Source: Polyangiales bacterium (lineage in GTDB: Bacteria > Myxococcota_A > Polyangia > Polyangiales > Polyangiaceae). Taken from it: a stretch of 17,046 nt of DNA. This document shows, in pieces, positions 7,261-17,046 of this stretch. Position 1 is the first letter of the stretch. Every line of letters begins with the position of its first letter. The stretch spans positions 1 through 17,046 of the forward strand of contig JBBRNJ010000128.1 of NCBI GenBank assembly GCA_038230375.1. The letters run 5' to 3'. The notes beneath the pieces were generated by a model that was not told the DNA's origin, searched no databases, and saw only the letters and a list, made by a program, of their open reading frames with translations. The position numbers and the translations under genes are program-made.

Positions 7261-7441
7261 GATTCCCCTGCCTTCATCCTACCGTACGGGATCGCTGTCA
7301 CACCCATTCTTGCGCAACGATTGCAGTTTTGTGGCACCTGCTCCCGCCTGGTCGGGGAGGCTGCGCACCACTGCGCATCCATGCGCACGTAGCCCACGCA
7401 GACCCCGATGTACGCGCTTCCCGTGGTAGGTTCGCTCGCGC

Positions 7442-7909
7442 ATGTCCCACGCAGGAAAACAAGGCACTCTGACCGTGTCCGTGCGACGCGTCGGCAAGAT
7501 TCACCCCGACCTACCCACGTACCAGACCGATGGTGCGGCGGGCATGGATCTGCGCGCTGCCCTCGCGGAGCCGGTCACACTGGGCTCGCTGGAGCGACGG
7601 CTCATTGCCACCGGGCTCTCCCTCGAGATCCCGGAAGGGTACGAGGCGCAGGTCCGTCCGCGCTCTGGACTCGCGGCCAAGCTCGGCGTCACGGTGCTCA
7701 ACACTCCAGGCACGATCGACAGCGACTACCGCGGCGAGGTCGGCGTCGTGCTCGTGAATCTCAGCAAGGAGCCATGCACGATCACCCCAGGCGACCGCAT
7801 CGCGCAGCTGGTGTTCGCGAAGGTCGAGCGCGCGACGCTGGTCGTGCGTGAAGAACTGTCCGAGACCTCTCGCGGCGCCGGCGGCTACGGCTCCACGGGC
7901 AAGACCTGA
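7442..7909 (+). CDS. dut: dUTP diphosphatase (trimeric dUTPase)
   Basis: All five motifs are present: [39 protein letters not shown]. Confidence 0.98.
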   Translation: MSHAGKQGTLTVSVRRVGKIHPDLPTYQTDGAAGMDLRAALAEPVTLGSLERRLIATGLSLEIPEGYEAQVRPRSGLAAKLGVTVLNTPGTIDSDYRGEVGVVLVNLSKEPCTITPGDRIAQLVFAKVERATLVVREELSETSRGAGGYGSTGKT

Positions 7910-7939
7910 CGTAGACGGTCTCGGCCCGGGCGGCGGTGT

Positions 7940-9409
<1,470 letters not shown>

Positions 9410-9427
9410 GGCGAAGACGAGCGTACC

Positions 9428-10678
9428 TCAGAAGAGGATGCCGACGTAAACGCGCTGCGTGGAGAGCGACGGGTGGACGACGTCCAGCTTGTACGCGTAC
9501 CCCACGTCGAACGCGGCGAACGTGACGTGCAAGGAGGCCATGGGCGCGACACTGCCACCGCGGATGCTCTCCTCGTGGCCAGTGAGCTGGGGCACGCAGC
9601 TCGCGGCGCCAGGGCAGCCGGGCGTTGCGTAGGTGATCTGGAGACTGCGCTGGGTGCCGCGATCGAGCGCTGCGGCGCCGCCAAGAGACAACGTTGCGTA
9701 CGTGGGAAAGGAGTACGGGAAGAAGAGCGCGCGATAGCCGAACGCCAGCTCCGCGGTGCCGCGGAAGGAGCTGCGCGAGACGACCGGATCGCTCGTGTCC
9801 CTGGGCAGGGCGAGGAGCGCGCCGAGCCGCGCGTCCAGCGAGAGGCGGTCGTAGGCAACGACGCGTCCGCCCGCGGAGAGCCCCACGTAGTCCCAGACGT
9901 CGCTCTCCACCACCGCGCCCAGCGTGCCATCGCGGAGCGAGATCGTGCCGCCGAAGGTGGCCTTGCGGGTGCTCAGCTTTGCCGCGAGCTCGAGGCCGCG
10001 GTGGATGCGCACCGCGAAGCCGATCCGGTTGTCCAGGAGCAGATCCGCGACGCCAACGACGCCGCCATCACACGCGAACACCGGGCCGCCGGAGTTGCCT
10101 GGCGCGAGCAGCGTGTCCGTCTGGAGCATGTCGGCGTTGAAGGCGCTGACGGCGCCCTCGGTCGTGCTGTAGTTGAGGAGGCCTTCGAGGTTGCCATCGC
10201 TAGCGTCGCCGTAGGGATTGCCGATCGCGAAGACCTTCATGCCCACTGCAAGATCGACGTGCGCAGGAAGCACGGGGACATCGAGGACCGCCGTGTCCAG
10301 CTCCAGGAGCGCCAGGTCGTGCTCGGTGTCGACCGCGACCACGACCGCGCCCATGCGCTTGCCGTTCATGAACTTCACGTTCAGCCCGCGGCCCAGGTCG
10401 ACGACGTGGAACGCCGTGAGCACGTGCTTTGGCGTCATGAACAAGAAGCCCGTGCCCAGGCCTCCGTCGGGTCGCTCGATGCGGACGATCGCGCCCTTCG
10501 ACCGCTCGTATACGCGGCTCATCGAGCCCTCGTCGCAGAGCTCCTCCGCGTGCGCGGTTCGCGGCGAGAGAAGGATGACGAGGAAGAGCGCGACTCCCAG
10601 GATCACGGCCGCGAGTAATCCGCTCCAGCAGCGCAGGCGCGGCGGCAGCGCTACGCGGCGACGCACGCGCGGCTTCAC
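9428..10678 (-). CDS. Exported trypsin-like (S1C/HtrA-like) serine protease with non-PDZ, putative beta-barrel C-terminal domain
   Basis: Signal peptide ending AHA. Catalytic triad contexts TAFHVV, DLALL and GNSGGP, plus AIGNPYG. The C-terminal ~170 aa are amphipathic strands ending RVYVGILF. Confidence 0.88.
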   Translation of the reverse strand: MKPRVRRRVALPPRLRCWSGLLAAVILGVALFLVILLSPRTAHAEELCDEGSMSRVYERSKGAIVRIERPDGGLGTGFLFMTPKHVLTAFHVVDLGRGLNVKFMNGKRMGAVVVAVDTEHDLALLELDTAVLDVPVLPAHVDLAVGMKVFAIGNPYGDASDGNLEGLLNYSTTEGAVSAFNADMLQTDTLLAPGNSGGPVFACDGGVVGVADLLLDNRIGFAVRIHRGLELAAKLSTRKATFGGTISLRDGTLGAVVESDVWDYVGLSAGGRVVAYDRLSLDARLGALLALPRDTSDPVVSRSSFRGTAELAFGYRALFFPYSFPTYATLSLGGAAALDRGTQRSLQITYATPGCPGAASCVPQLTGHEESIRGGSVAPMASLHVTFAAFDVGYAYKLDVVHPSLSTQRVYVGILF

Positions 10679-11550
10679 CCGTGCTTCATCGCGTCGAGGT
10701 ACTTCTGGGCGGCGATCACGAACCCGCTCTCCGGGAAGTCCCGCAGGATCGCCTCGAACACGATCTGTGCGCGGTCAGGCTGGTGCATCTTGAGGCGGGT
10801 CTCGCCGAGCAAGAGGAGCGCCTCTGCCTCCAGGTTGGAGGGGGCCGCGCCTTCCACGTTGCGCTTCTTCGCCTTCGGGTCCGCGAGGCGAACGACGTCC
10901 GCGCGAACGGCAAAGTTGCGGAGCGCGTACTCGATGCGGGCCACGGCGGCGTCGTAGTTGTCCTTGTTCAGATAGAAGCGGGCCACGTAGAGCTCGTGCC
11001 TGATGAGGCGTGCGGTGACGTCGCGCAGGAGGTCCTTGATCTTGTCGGTCTCGCGCGCGGTCGGATAGTCGGCGACGTAGCCGCGGAGCTCCTTGTACGC
11101 ATCCAGGGCCGTGGCCTGGTCGCGCTCGTCCGCGGACGGCAGGATGATCGACTCTGAGATCTGGTGGTACTGCGCTTCTGCGATGCGGGAGCGCGCGTAG
11201 GCCACGCCCTCCGCGTCGGACCGGTGGTCGTGCACGAACTGGCGGTACTCGCGGATGGACTCGACGTATTTCTCCTGCTCGAAGTCGGCGTCCGCGATGC
11301 GGAGCTCCGAGAGCGCGGCGAACTTCGAGTAGCTGTACTTCCGCTTCACCTCGCGAAAGAGGTTCTGGGACTCCACCCAGTTGTGCGCCTTGAACTCCTC
11401 CATTGCCTCGTCGTAGGCGCGCTTCGCGTCCTGCGTATAGGAGAGGGGGTTCTTCGCCTCAGTGTTCGGGCAGCCGACGAGCCCGAGCGGCGCGACCACG
11501 GCGAGCGCGACGAGGAGTGCCACCTGGCTGGTCTTTCCGTGCATCGGCAT
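10675..11550 (-). CDS. bamD: Outer membrane protein assembly factor BamD
   Basis: Lipobox LVG-C, TPR-like helices, YSYSKFA...[11 protein letters not shown] motif, HELYVARFY...AAVAR. Confidence 0.9.
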   Translation of the reverse strand: MPMHGKTSQVALLVALAVVAPLGLVGCPNTEAKNPLSYTQDAKRAYDEAMEEFKAHNWVESQNLFREVKRKYSYSKFAALSELRIADADFEQEKYVESIREYRQFVHDHRSDAEGVAYARSRIAEAQYHQISESIILPSADERDQATALDAYKELRGYVADYPTARETDKIKDLLRDVTARLIRHELYVARFYLNKDNYDAAVARIEYALRNFAVRADVVRLADPKAKKRNVEGAAPSNLEAEALLLLGETRLKMHQPDRAQIVFEAILRDFPESGFVIAAQKYLDAMKHG

Positions 11551-11564
11551 CGGCGTGCCCGTTC

Positions 11565-11831
11565 TTACACCCGCTCCTCGCGCCAGCGCACGATTTTTCG
11601 CGGCGGGGCAGGGAGGCCCTCCGCTACGGTTTGCTTGTAGACTGCACGGATCAGGAGCCGGACCCGGTCTGCCACGTCCTTGTCGGCGGTGGTGACGGTG
11701 ACGGTCCCGTCCTCGTGCAGGATCGCCTCCACATGGATTTTCTCGGGTCCGCGGTGGACGGTGCCCACGTACGTGAACGGGGCGGTCTGGCTCTGTGCGT
11801 CGCGGGACAGCTCGACTTTGAGGGCGCTCAC
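11565..11831 (-). CDS. Hypothetical protein (88 aa)
   Basis: Clean frame with GC3 bias, 14 bp upstream of bamD on the same strand. No family recognised. Confidence 0.7.
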   Translation of the reverse strand: MSALKVELSRDAQSQTAPFTYVGTVHRGPEKIHVEAILHEDGTVTVTTADKDVADRVRLLIRAVYKQTVAEGLPAPPRKIVRWREERV

Positions 11832-11888
11832 AGGCCCTTCATAGCACCGGGACGGCGCCCGATGGATCTGCTAGAACACCTCGCCGCC

Positions 11889-12359
11889 ATGGACAAGAAC
11901 CCGATCACGCCCGAGGGCGCTGCCAAGCTGCGCGACGAGCTCCAGAACCTGAGGAGCGTGGAGCGCCCCAAGGTCATCCAGGCCATCGCCGTGGCCCGTG
12001 ATCACGGGGACCTCAGCGAGAACGCGGAGTACCACGCGGCCCGCGACAAGCAGTCGTTCATCGAGGGTCGCGTGAAGGAGCTCGAGAACAAGCTCGCGCG
12101 CGCCGAGATCATCGATCCGACCAAGCTCGAGGGCAGCAGGGTCGCGTTCGGCGCCACCGTGAAGCTCGCGAACGAGAACGGTGAAGAGGTCAAGTACCGC
12201 ATCCTCGGCGCCGACGAAGCAGATCTGAGCCAGGGCTCGATCAGCGTCACGAGCCCCGTCGCGCGCTCGCTCCTTGGCAAGGAGGCCGGCGACGAGGTCG
12301 TCATCAAGACACCGGGCGGCCCGCGCACGTACGAAGTGCTCGAGGTGTCTTTCAAGTAG
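11889..12359 (+). CDS. greA: Transcription elongation factor GreA
   Basis: PITPEG...[17 protein letters not shown]...[26 protein letters not shown]. An alternative ATG lies at 11862. Confidence 0.97.
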   Translation: MDKNPITPEGAAKLRDELQNLRSVERPKVIQAIAVARDHGDLSENAEYHAARDKQSFIEGRVKELENKLARAEIIDPTKLEGSRVAFGATVKLANENGEEVKYRILGADEADLSQGSISVTSPVARSLLGKEAGDEVVIKTPGGPRTYEVLEVSFK

Positions 12360-12378
12360 GGGCGAAGCAGGCGCGCGC

Positions 12379-14754
12379 GTGATCCCCAGCTTCCAGAGCC
12401 TCTCTGCCGACGCGGAGGCGTGGCTCGCACACGGCGATCCCGCGCAGGTCCTCACGCTGTACCAGCAGGGGCGCGCGCTCCGGGGCCACGTGCCGGACGA
12501 CCGCGCGCGCGACTTTGCGAAGCTGCTCGCCGGCTTCCAGAAGGAGGAGCCCGAGGAGCGTCGGCGCGCACGGGTGCTTGGCCTGGTCCGCGCGTGCAAG
12601 CTGTTTGCGGACACGGACGCGCGCCTGCCGTGGGACACGGAGTTGTCGGCCCTGCGCGGCGTGGGCCCGAAGACGCGCACCGCGCTGGAGGAGGTCGGCA
12701 TCACCAACGTGGGCCAGCTCGTGTGGCTGCTGCCATACGCCTTCACCGATCTCACGCAGCCGCGCCCGCTATCGGAGGTGCTCGCGGAGCTCGACGCGGG
12801 CGCGGGCGCGGACGAGCATGGTGTCGTCGACGCGCGCAGGGTCATCACCGCCACGGTGAAGTCCTGCGGCATCATGGGCATGCGCGGTCGCAAGGCCGTG
12901 CGCCTCACCGCGACGGAGGGCGGGAGATCGCTCTCGTGCTTCTGGTTCTTCATGGCGCATGGGGTCCTCGCGCTCGCCAGGCCGGGCACGCCAGTGCTGC
13001 TCGTTGGCCGCATCAAGCACGGCGCGCGCGGCGGCTTCACCATGGCGCACCCCGACATCTACCGGGATGACGTGGACACGCGGCGCACGCTGCCGCGCTA
13101 TGCGGTGCCCGGCGTGAAGGGCGCGACGCTTCGCGAGGCCACGCTCGCCGCAGTCGCACGCGCCACGCCGCTGCCGGATCCCGTGCCGCCGCGCATCGCC
13201 GCGCGCAACGGAATGGCGGACTCGGGGGCGCTCGCGCTTGCGCTGGCGCGGCTCCACGGGACCATGAAGGAGCCTCCCACCATGCTCGACATGGCGGCGA
13301 CGCGGGAGCGCCTCGCATGGGCGGAGGCGTTCGTGCGCGTGTGGCAGAGGCTCACCGCCAAGGAGCGCGGAACGAAGGCCACGCCGCTGCCCCTCGCGCG
13401 CGCCGCAAAGACGCGCCTCTCGCGGGAGCTCGGCTTCGCGTGGACGAAGGGGCAGGAGAGGGCGCTCGCGGAGATCGAGCACGACCTCGCGAAGGACGAG
13501 CCAATGCGCCGCTTGCTCCTTGGCGATGTTGGCACCGGCAAGACGGCGGTCGCCTTCTCCGCCATCGCGCAATGTGTCGCCGCGAAGCGGCAGGCCGCGA
13601 TCCTCGCGCCCACCGGCATCCTCGCGGAGCAGTACATGGAGGGCGCAGGACCGCTGGCGAGGGCGACGGGCGCACGCATCGCGCTCTGCGTGGGCGGCAT
13701 GAAGACGGCGCACAAGGACAAGCTCGCGGCCGAGGTCGCGCGCGGCTCCATAGACGTGGTGATCGGCACGCACGCGCTGCTCGGGCAGAACCTGGCGTTC
13801 AAGCATCTGGCGCTGGTCGTGGTGGATGAGCAGCAGCGCCTTGGAGTCGCGCAGCGACTCTCGCTGGTCCAGAAGGGGAAGCGCCCACACCTGCTGTCGC
13901 TCAGCGCGACCCCCATTCCGCGGACGCTCGCGCTCGCGCTCCTGGGCGACATCGGCCTCTCCGTGATCGACGAGCGCCCGAAGAACCGACCACCCGTGAC
14001 CACGGAGATCGGCGCGCGCACGGACGAGGACGCATTCATCGCGCGCGTCACGGAGACCATCGCACGGGACGAGCGCGTGTTCGTGATCGCACCACGCGTC
14101 GCGGCGCCTGCCGACGACGAGCAGGACGACGACGGACCCGGCCTGCCGCTCAGCGCCGAGGTGCTCGCCGTGGAGCTGGCAAAGAAGCTACCGCAGGGCT
14201 CCGTGGCGCTCGTCCACGGAGGTCTTTCATACGAGGAAAAGCGGCAGATCATGGGCGACTTCCGCAAGGGCCGCACGAAGGTCCTCGTGGGGACCACGGT
14301 TCTGGAGGTCGGCGTCGACGTGCCGGAGGCAACGCTCATTGCGGTCGTTGGCGCGGAGCGCTTTGGACTTTCGCAGCTCCATCAGCTGCGCGGCCGTGTC
14401 GGAAGGGGCGCGGTGCCGGGCCACTGCTTGTTGCTGACCGGACGTGGCCTCGAAGACGTCGCCCGTGCCCGCCTGTCCGCGCTCGCCGCGCACGACCTGG
14501 GCAGGGACATCGCGCGCATCGACCTGGAGCTCCGCGGCGCCGGCGACCTGTCCGGCACCGAGCAGTCGGGTTCCTTCTCGGATTTCTTCTTCATCGATCC
14601 GCTTCGCGAGCCGCCGTGGCTCGCATCGGTCGAGAAGGATGCAAAGGACATCCTTGCGCGCGACCCCGAGCTGTCGCATCCAGAGCACGCCGCACTCTCA
14701 CTCCTGCGCGCGCGCTTCGAGCGGCTCCTTGCCGTGCGAGAGGAGAGCGGATGA
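12379..14754 (+). CDS. recG: ATP-dependent DNA helicase RecG (start estimated, GTG 12379)
   Basis: LRGVGPK, OB/wedge region, RLLLGDVGTGKT, APTGILAEQ, IGTHAL, DEQQR, SATPIPRTL, TTVLEVGVDVP, QLHQLRGRVGRG, and TRG motif DLELRGAGDLSGTEQSG. Confidence 0.95.
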   Translation: MIPSFQSLSADAEAWLAHGDPAQVLTLYQQGRALRGHVPDDRARDFAKLLAGFQKEEPEERRRARVLGLVRACKLFADTDARLPWDTELSALRGVGPKTRTALEEVGITNVGQLVWLLPYAFTDLTQPRPLSEVLAELDAGAGADEHGVVDARRVITATVKSCGIMGMRGRKAVRLTATEGGRSLSCFWFFMAHGVLALARPGTPVLLVGRIKHGARGGFTMAHPDIYRDDVDTRRTLPRYAVPGVKGATLREATLAAVARATPLPDPVPPRIAARNGMADSGALALALARLHGTMKEPPTMLDMAATRERLAWAEAFVRVWQRLTAKERGTKATPLPLARAAKTRLSRELGFAWTKGQERALAEIEHDLAKDEPMRRLLLGDVGTGKTAVAFSAIAQCVAAKRQAAILAPTGILAEQYMEGAGPLARATGARIALCVGGMKTAHKDKLAAEVARGSIDVVIGTHALLGQNLAFKHLALVVVDEQQRLGVAQRLSLVQKGKRPHLLSLSATPIPRTLALALLGDIGLSVIDERPKNRPPVTTEIGARTDEDAFIARVTETIARDERVFVIAPRVAAPADDEQDDDGPGLPLSAEVLAVELAKKLPQGSVALVHGGLSYEEKRQIMGDFRKGRTKVLVGTTVLEVGVDVPEATLIAVVGAERFGLSQLHQLRGRVGRGAVPGHCLLLTGRGLEDVARARLSALAAHDLGRDIARIDLELRGAGDLSGTEQSGSFSDFFFIDPLREPPWLASVEKDAKDILARDPELSHPEHAALSLLRARFERLLAVREESG

Positions 14755-17046
14755 CGACCACGGACCGCGCTGACCGCGACCTCCGCGGCATGGTGCGCGA
14801 GGGATGCGTCTCCATGGGGCTGGTGCTGCTCTCGTTCGCGTTCCTTCTCCTTGCAGAGGGCCTGGTGGTGTCGGCGCTGTTTCGCGACGAGTTCGTCGCG
14901 GCCTGGGAGATCCTCATCGCGCTCCGCTGCGCGACGCTCGGCCTCGCGGCGTCCATTCCGCTCGCCGCAGCGCTCGTGTTCCTCGCGCGCATCTCGGCGT
15001 CTCGCGCAGGCCAGGCGGCAGCCGCAGCGATCTTTGGTGCTGCTGCCGCCGCGGCCGTTCTCACGCTCTCGTCACGTGCGCTGGCGCAGCCCACGACTCG
15101 CTATGCAGTCGCGGGTGGGCTCGCCGCCGTCGTCGCGGTCGGCCTTCGGTTCGCGGTGCCCCGCGTGCGCGCTCTCCGTCCTGGCATCACGGCGACAGCC
15201 GGTGTTGCGCTCGCGGTCGCCCTTGCGCTCGTGAACGCGACCGTTCTGGTGCGCCTCTACGCTCCGTTCCACGCCGCGCTGCTCCTTCTGACCTTCGTCT
15301 CCGTGGCTGGCCTGGCACGCGCGCTCGCGCTCGCGGCGCGTCCAAAGCTGCTTGGCGCACTCGGCCTATGTCTTGCGCTGGGCTGCGCTCTCACCGCGAA
15401 GATGAGCGCGGAGCGGCTCGCGCAGTTCGACAACGTGCGCCTGGTCCTGCTCGAACACGCGCCGGCTCTTGGTATCGCTGTGCGCATCGGTGCTCGCGTT
15501 GCGCCGCCAGCACCGCTCGACGAAGAGGAGCATGCGCCCACGTTCGTTGCGCCCGCGCGCGCGCTCTTCTGGGAGAACCGCGACGTCATCCTGCTCTCGG
15601 TCGACGCACTCCGCGCGGACCACGTGACGACCTATGGCTACGCGCGCGACACCACGCCGAACATCGACGCGCTCGCGCGGGAGGGCACCGTGTTCGAGCA
15701 CGCCTACTGCCCCACGCCGCACACGTCCTATTCCGTGACCAGCATGATGACGGGCAAGTACATGCGCCCGCTGCTCAAGCTGGGCGTGGGTGAGGACAGC
15801 GAGACGTTCGCCGGCATCCTCCGCACCTATGGCTACAAGACAGCCGCGTTCTATCCGCCCGCCGTGTTCTTCATCGACGAGCAGCGCTTCACGGGCTTCC
15901 GTGATCGCGGCCTGGACTTCGAGTACCGCAAGGTGGAGTTCGCGGACCCCGAGCTCCGGAGGCAGCAGATCCAGGGCTACCTCGCGAAGGCACGCCCGGA
16001 AGCGCCGCTCTTCCTGTGGGTCCACATCTTCGAGCCGCACGAGCCCTACGTCCTCCACCCGGAGCATCCATACGGACCGCCCGGGCGACCGACGGACATG
16101 GATCGCTACGACAGTGAGATCGCGAGCGCCGATGCGTTGATCGGCAACATCGTGGAGATGGTCCGCGCGAAGCGGAGGGATCCGATCTTCGTGGTCACCG
16201 CGGACCACGGCGAGGAGTTCGGCGACCACGGCGGCCATCACCACGGCACCACCGTGTTCGAGGAGCAGATCCGCGTGCCGCTCGTGTTCGCGGGTCGCGG
16301 TGTGCGGAAGGCGCGCGTCGCGGAGCCCGTGCAGACGATCGACATCGTTCCCACCGTGCTCTCCGCGCTCGGAGTTCCCGTGCCGCCGCGTGTGCGCGGA
16401 CACGACCTCGGGCCGGCGCTCACCGGAAAGCGCAAGGAGGGTGCGAGCGGCTTTGCGTTCGCGGAGACCGACGACTTCGCGATGGTGGCGGAGGCGGACC
16501 TGCGCCTGGTCTGCGAGCGCCGCGTTTCGCTCTGCACGCTCTATGACGTGACGCACGATCCCCGGGAAAAATCGGACATTTCGCGCGCGCGCCCCGACGA
16601 CGTCCTGCGGGAAAAGAAGCTCCTGCGCCAGACGGAGCTCTCGCACGGACGCTTCGAGGGCGGAAAGACGAACCTGCCAGACGCGCTCCGACGTGGTCTG
16701 CAAGGCGACGCTGAGGCGGCGCTCGACGTGGCCGCGCTGCTGGACGACGTGCGCCCCGACATCCGCGTGCTGGCCGCAGAGGTGAGCTTCCACCTCCACG
16801 CGAAGGAGGCGATCCCGAGCCTCGAGCGCGCGCTCTCGCTTTCCGACGAGGAGGGCGTGCGTCGCTGGGCCGCGCTCGCGCTGGTACGCGCCGGTGCGCC
16901 TCCACCAAAAGAGGCGGAGGCACTGCTCCACGACAAGGACGCCCGCACGCGTGGGCTCTGTGCGCTTGCGTTCGCGGAGCATGGCGATGGGCGCGGGGAG
17001 GGGGAGCTCACCGCGCTGTTCTTCGCGTCGCGCGCGGAGTTCGAGA
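14751..17046 (+). CDS. Membrane-bound sulfatase-like/alkaline-phosphatase-superfamily enzyme with C-terminal HEAT-like repeats (runs off window)
   Basis: Translated by hand from ATG 14751, which overlaps the recG stop (ATGA). It gives ~6-7 TM helices, then ILLSVDALRADH, TPNIDALA, HTSYSVTSMMTG, HIFEPHEPY, YDSEI, TADHGEEF...HG, RVPL, then LLDDVRPDIRVLAA and VRRWAALAL repeats. Confidence 0.9.
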   Translation, partial: MTTTDRADRDLRGMVREGCVSMGLVLLSFAFLLLAEGLVVSALFRDEFVAAWEILIALRCATLGLAASIPLAAALVFLARISASRAGQAAAAAIFGAAAAAAVLTLSSRALAQPTTRYAVAGGLAAVVAVGLRFAVPRVRALRPGITATAGVALAVALALVNATVLVRLYAPFHAALLLLTFVSVAGLARALALAARPKLLGALGLCLALGCALTAKMSAERLAQFDNVRLVLLEHAPALGIAVRIGARVAPPAPLDEEEHAPTFVAPARALFWENRDVILLSVDALRADHVTTYGYARDTTPNIDALAREGTVFEHAYCPTPHTSYSVTSMMTGKYMRPLLKLGVGEDSETFAGILRTYGYKTAAFYPPAVFFIDEQRFTGFRDRGLDFEYRKVEFADPELRRQQIQGYLAKARPEAPLFLWVHIFEPHEPYVLHPEHPYGPPGRPTDMDRYDSEIASADALIGNIVEMVRAKRRDPIFVVTADHGEEFGDHGGHHHGTTVFEEQIRVPLVFAGRGVRKARVAEPVQTIDIVPTVLSALGVPVPPRVRGHDLGPALTGKRKEGASGFAFAETDDFAMVAEADLRLVCERRVSLCTLYDVTHDPREKSDISRARPDDVLREKKLLRQTELSHGRFEGGKTNLPDALRRGLQGDAEAALDVAALLDDVRPDIRVLAAEVSFHLHAKEAIPSLERALSLSDEEGVRRWAALALVRAGAPPPKEAEALLHDKDARTRGLCALAFAEHGDGRGEGELTALFFASRAEFE

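Noticed and set aside
7320..7346. Sigma54 (-24/-12) promoter around TGGCAC at 7332
   Set aside because: GG-N10-GC spacing is not met on either strand.
7442..7909. dut as a prophage marker
   Set aside because: No phage genes nearby; context and codon usage look chromosomal.
11403..11888. Long N-terminal extension of GreA in the 318-aa ORF call
   Set aside because: It overlaps bamD and the 88-aa gene on the opposite strand. GreA similarity begins at [10 protein letters not shown].
15366..16982. 538-aa minus-strand ORF
   Set aside because: Antisense to the motif-bearing sulfatase-like frame on the plus strand.

Overview
High-GC bacterial chromosomal window. The Hanks-type kinase plus Cys-rich/PEGA partner, the PEGA lipoprotein and the sigma54 activator suggest Myxococcota, probably Polyangiales-like (inference). 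In order it holds: the 3' end of a CusA-type heavy-metal RND pump, tRNA-Gly(CCC), a ~550 bp gene-poor but hairpin-rich interval, a lipoprotein, a short LptF/G-like membrane protein, a 50-aa basic ORF, a PEGA lipoprotein, guaA, an exported Cys-rich/PEGA-like protein with its membrane Ser/Thr kinase, dut, a minus-strand cluster (88-aa ORF, bamD, trypsin-like protease with a putative beta-barrel tail, NtrC-family regulator), greA, recG, and a 3'-truncated membrane sulfatase-like/HEAT protein missing from the ORF track. Most of it is housekeeping. The best leads are (1) a candidate ~400-nt structured minus-strand transcript upstream of the tRNA, with its own promoter, terminator-like hairpin and 14-codon ORF; (2) a kinase whose catalytic-loop Asn is replaced by Tyr, paired with an exported partner; (3) the protease-barrel fusion coupled to bamD. 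All calls are by eye; no searches or folding were run.
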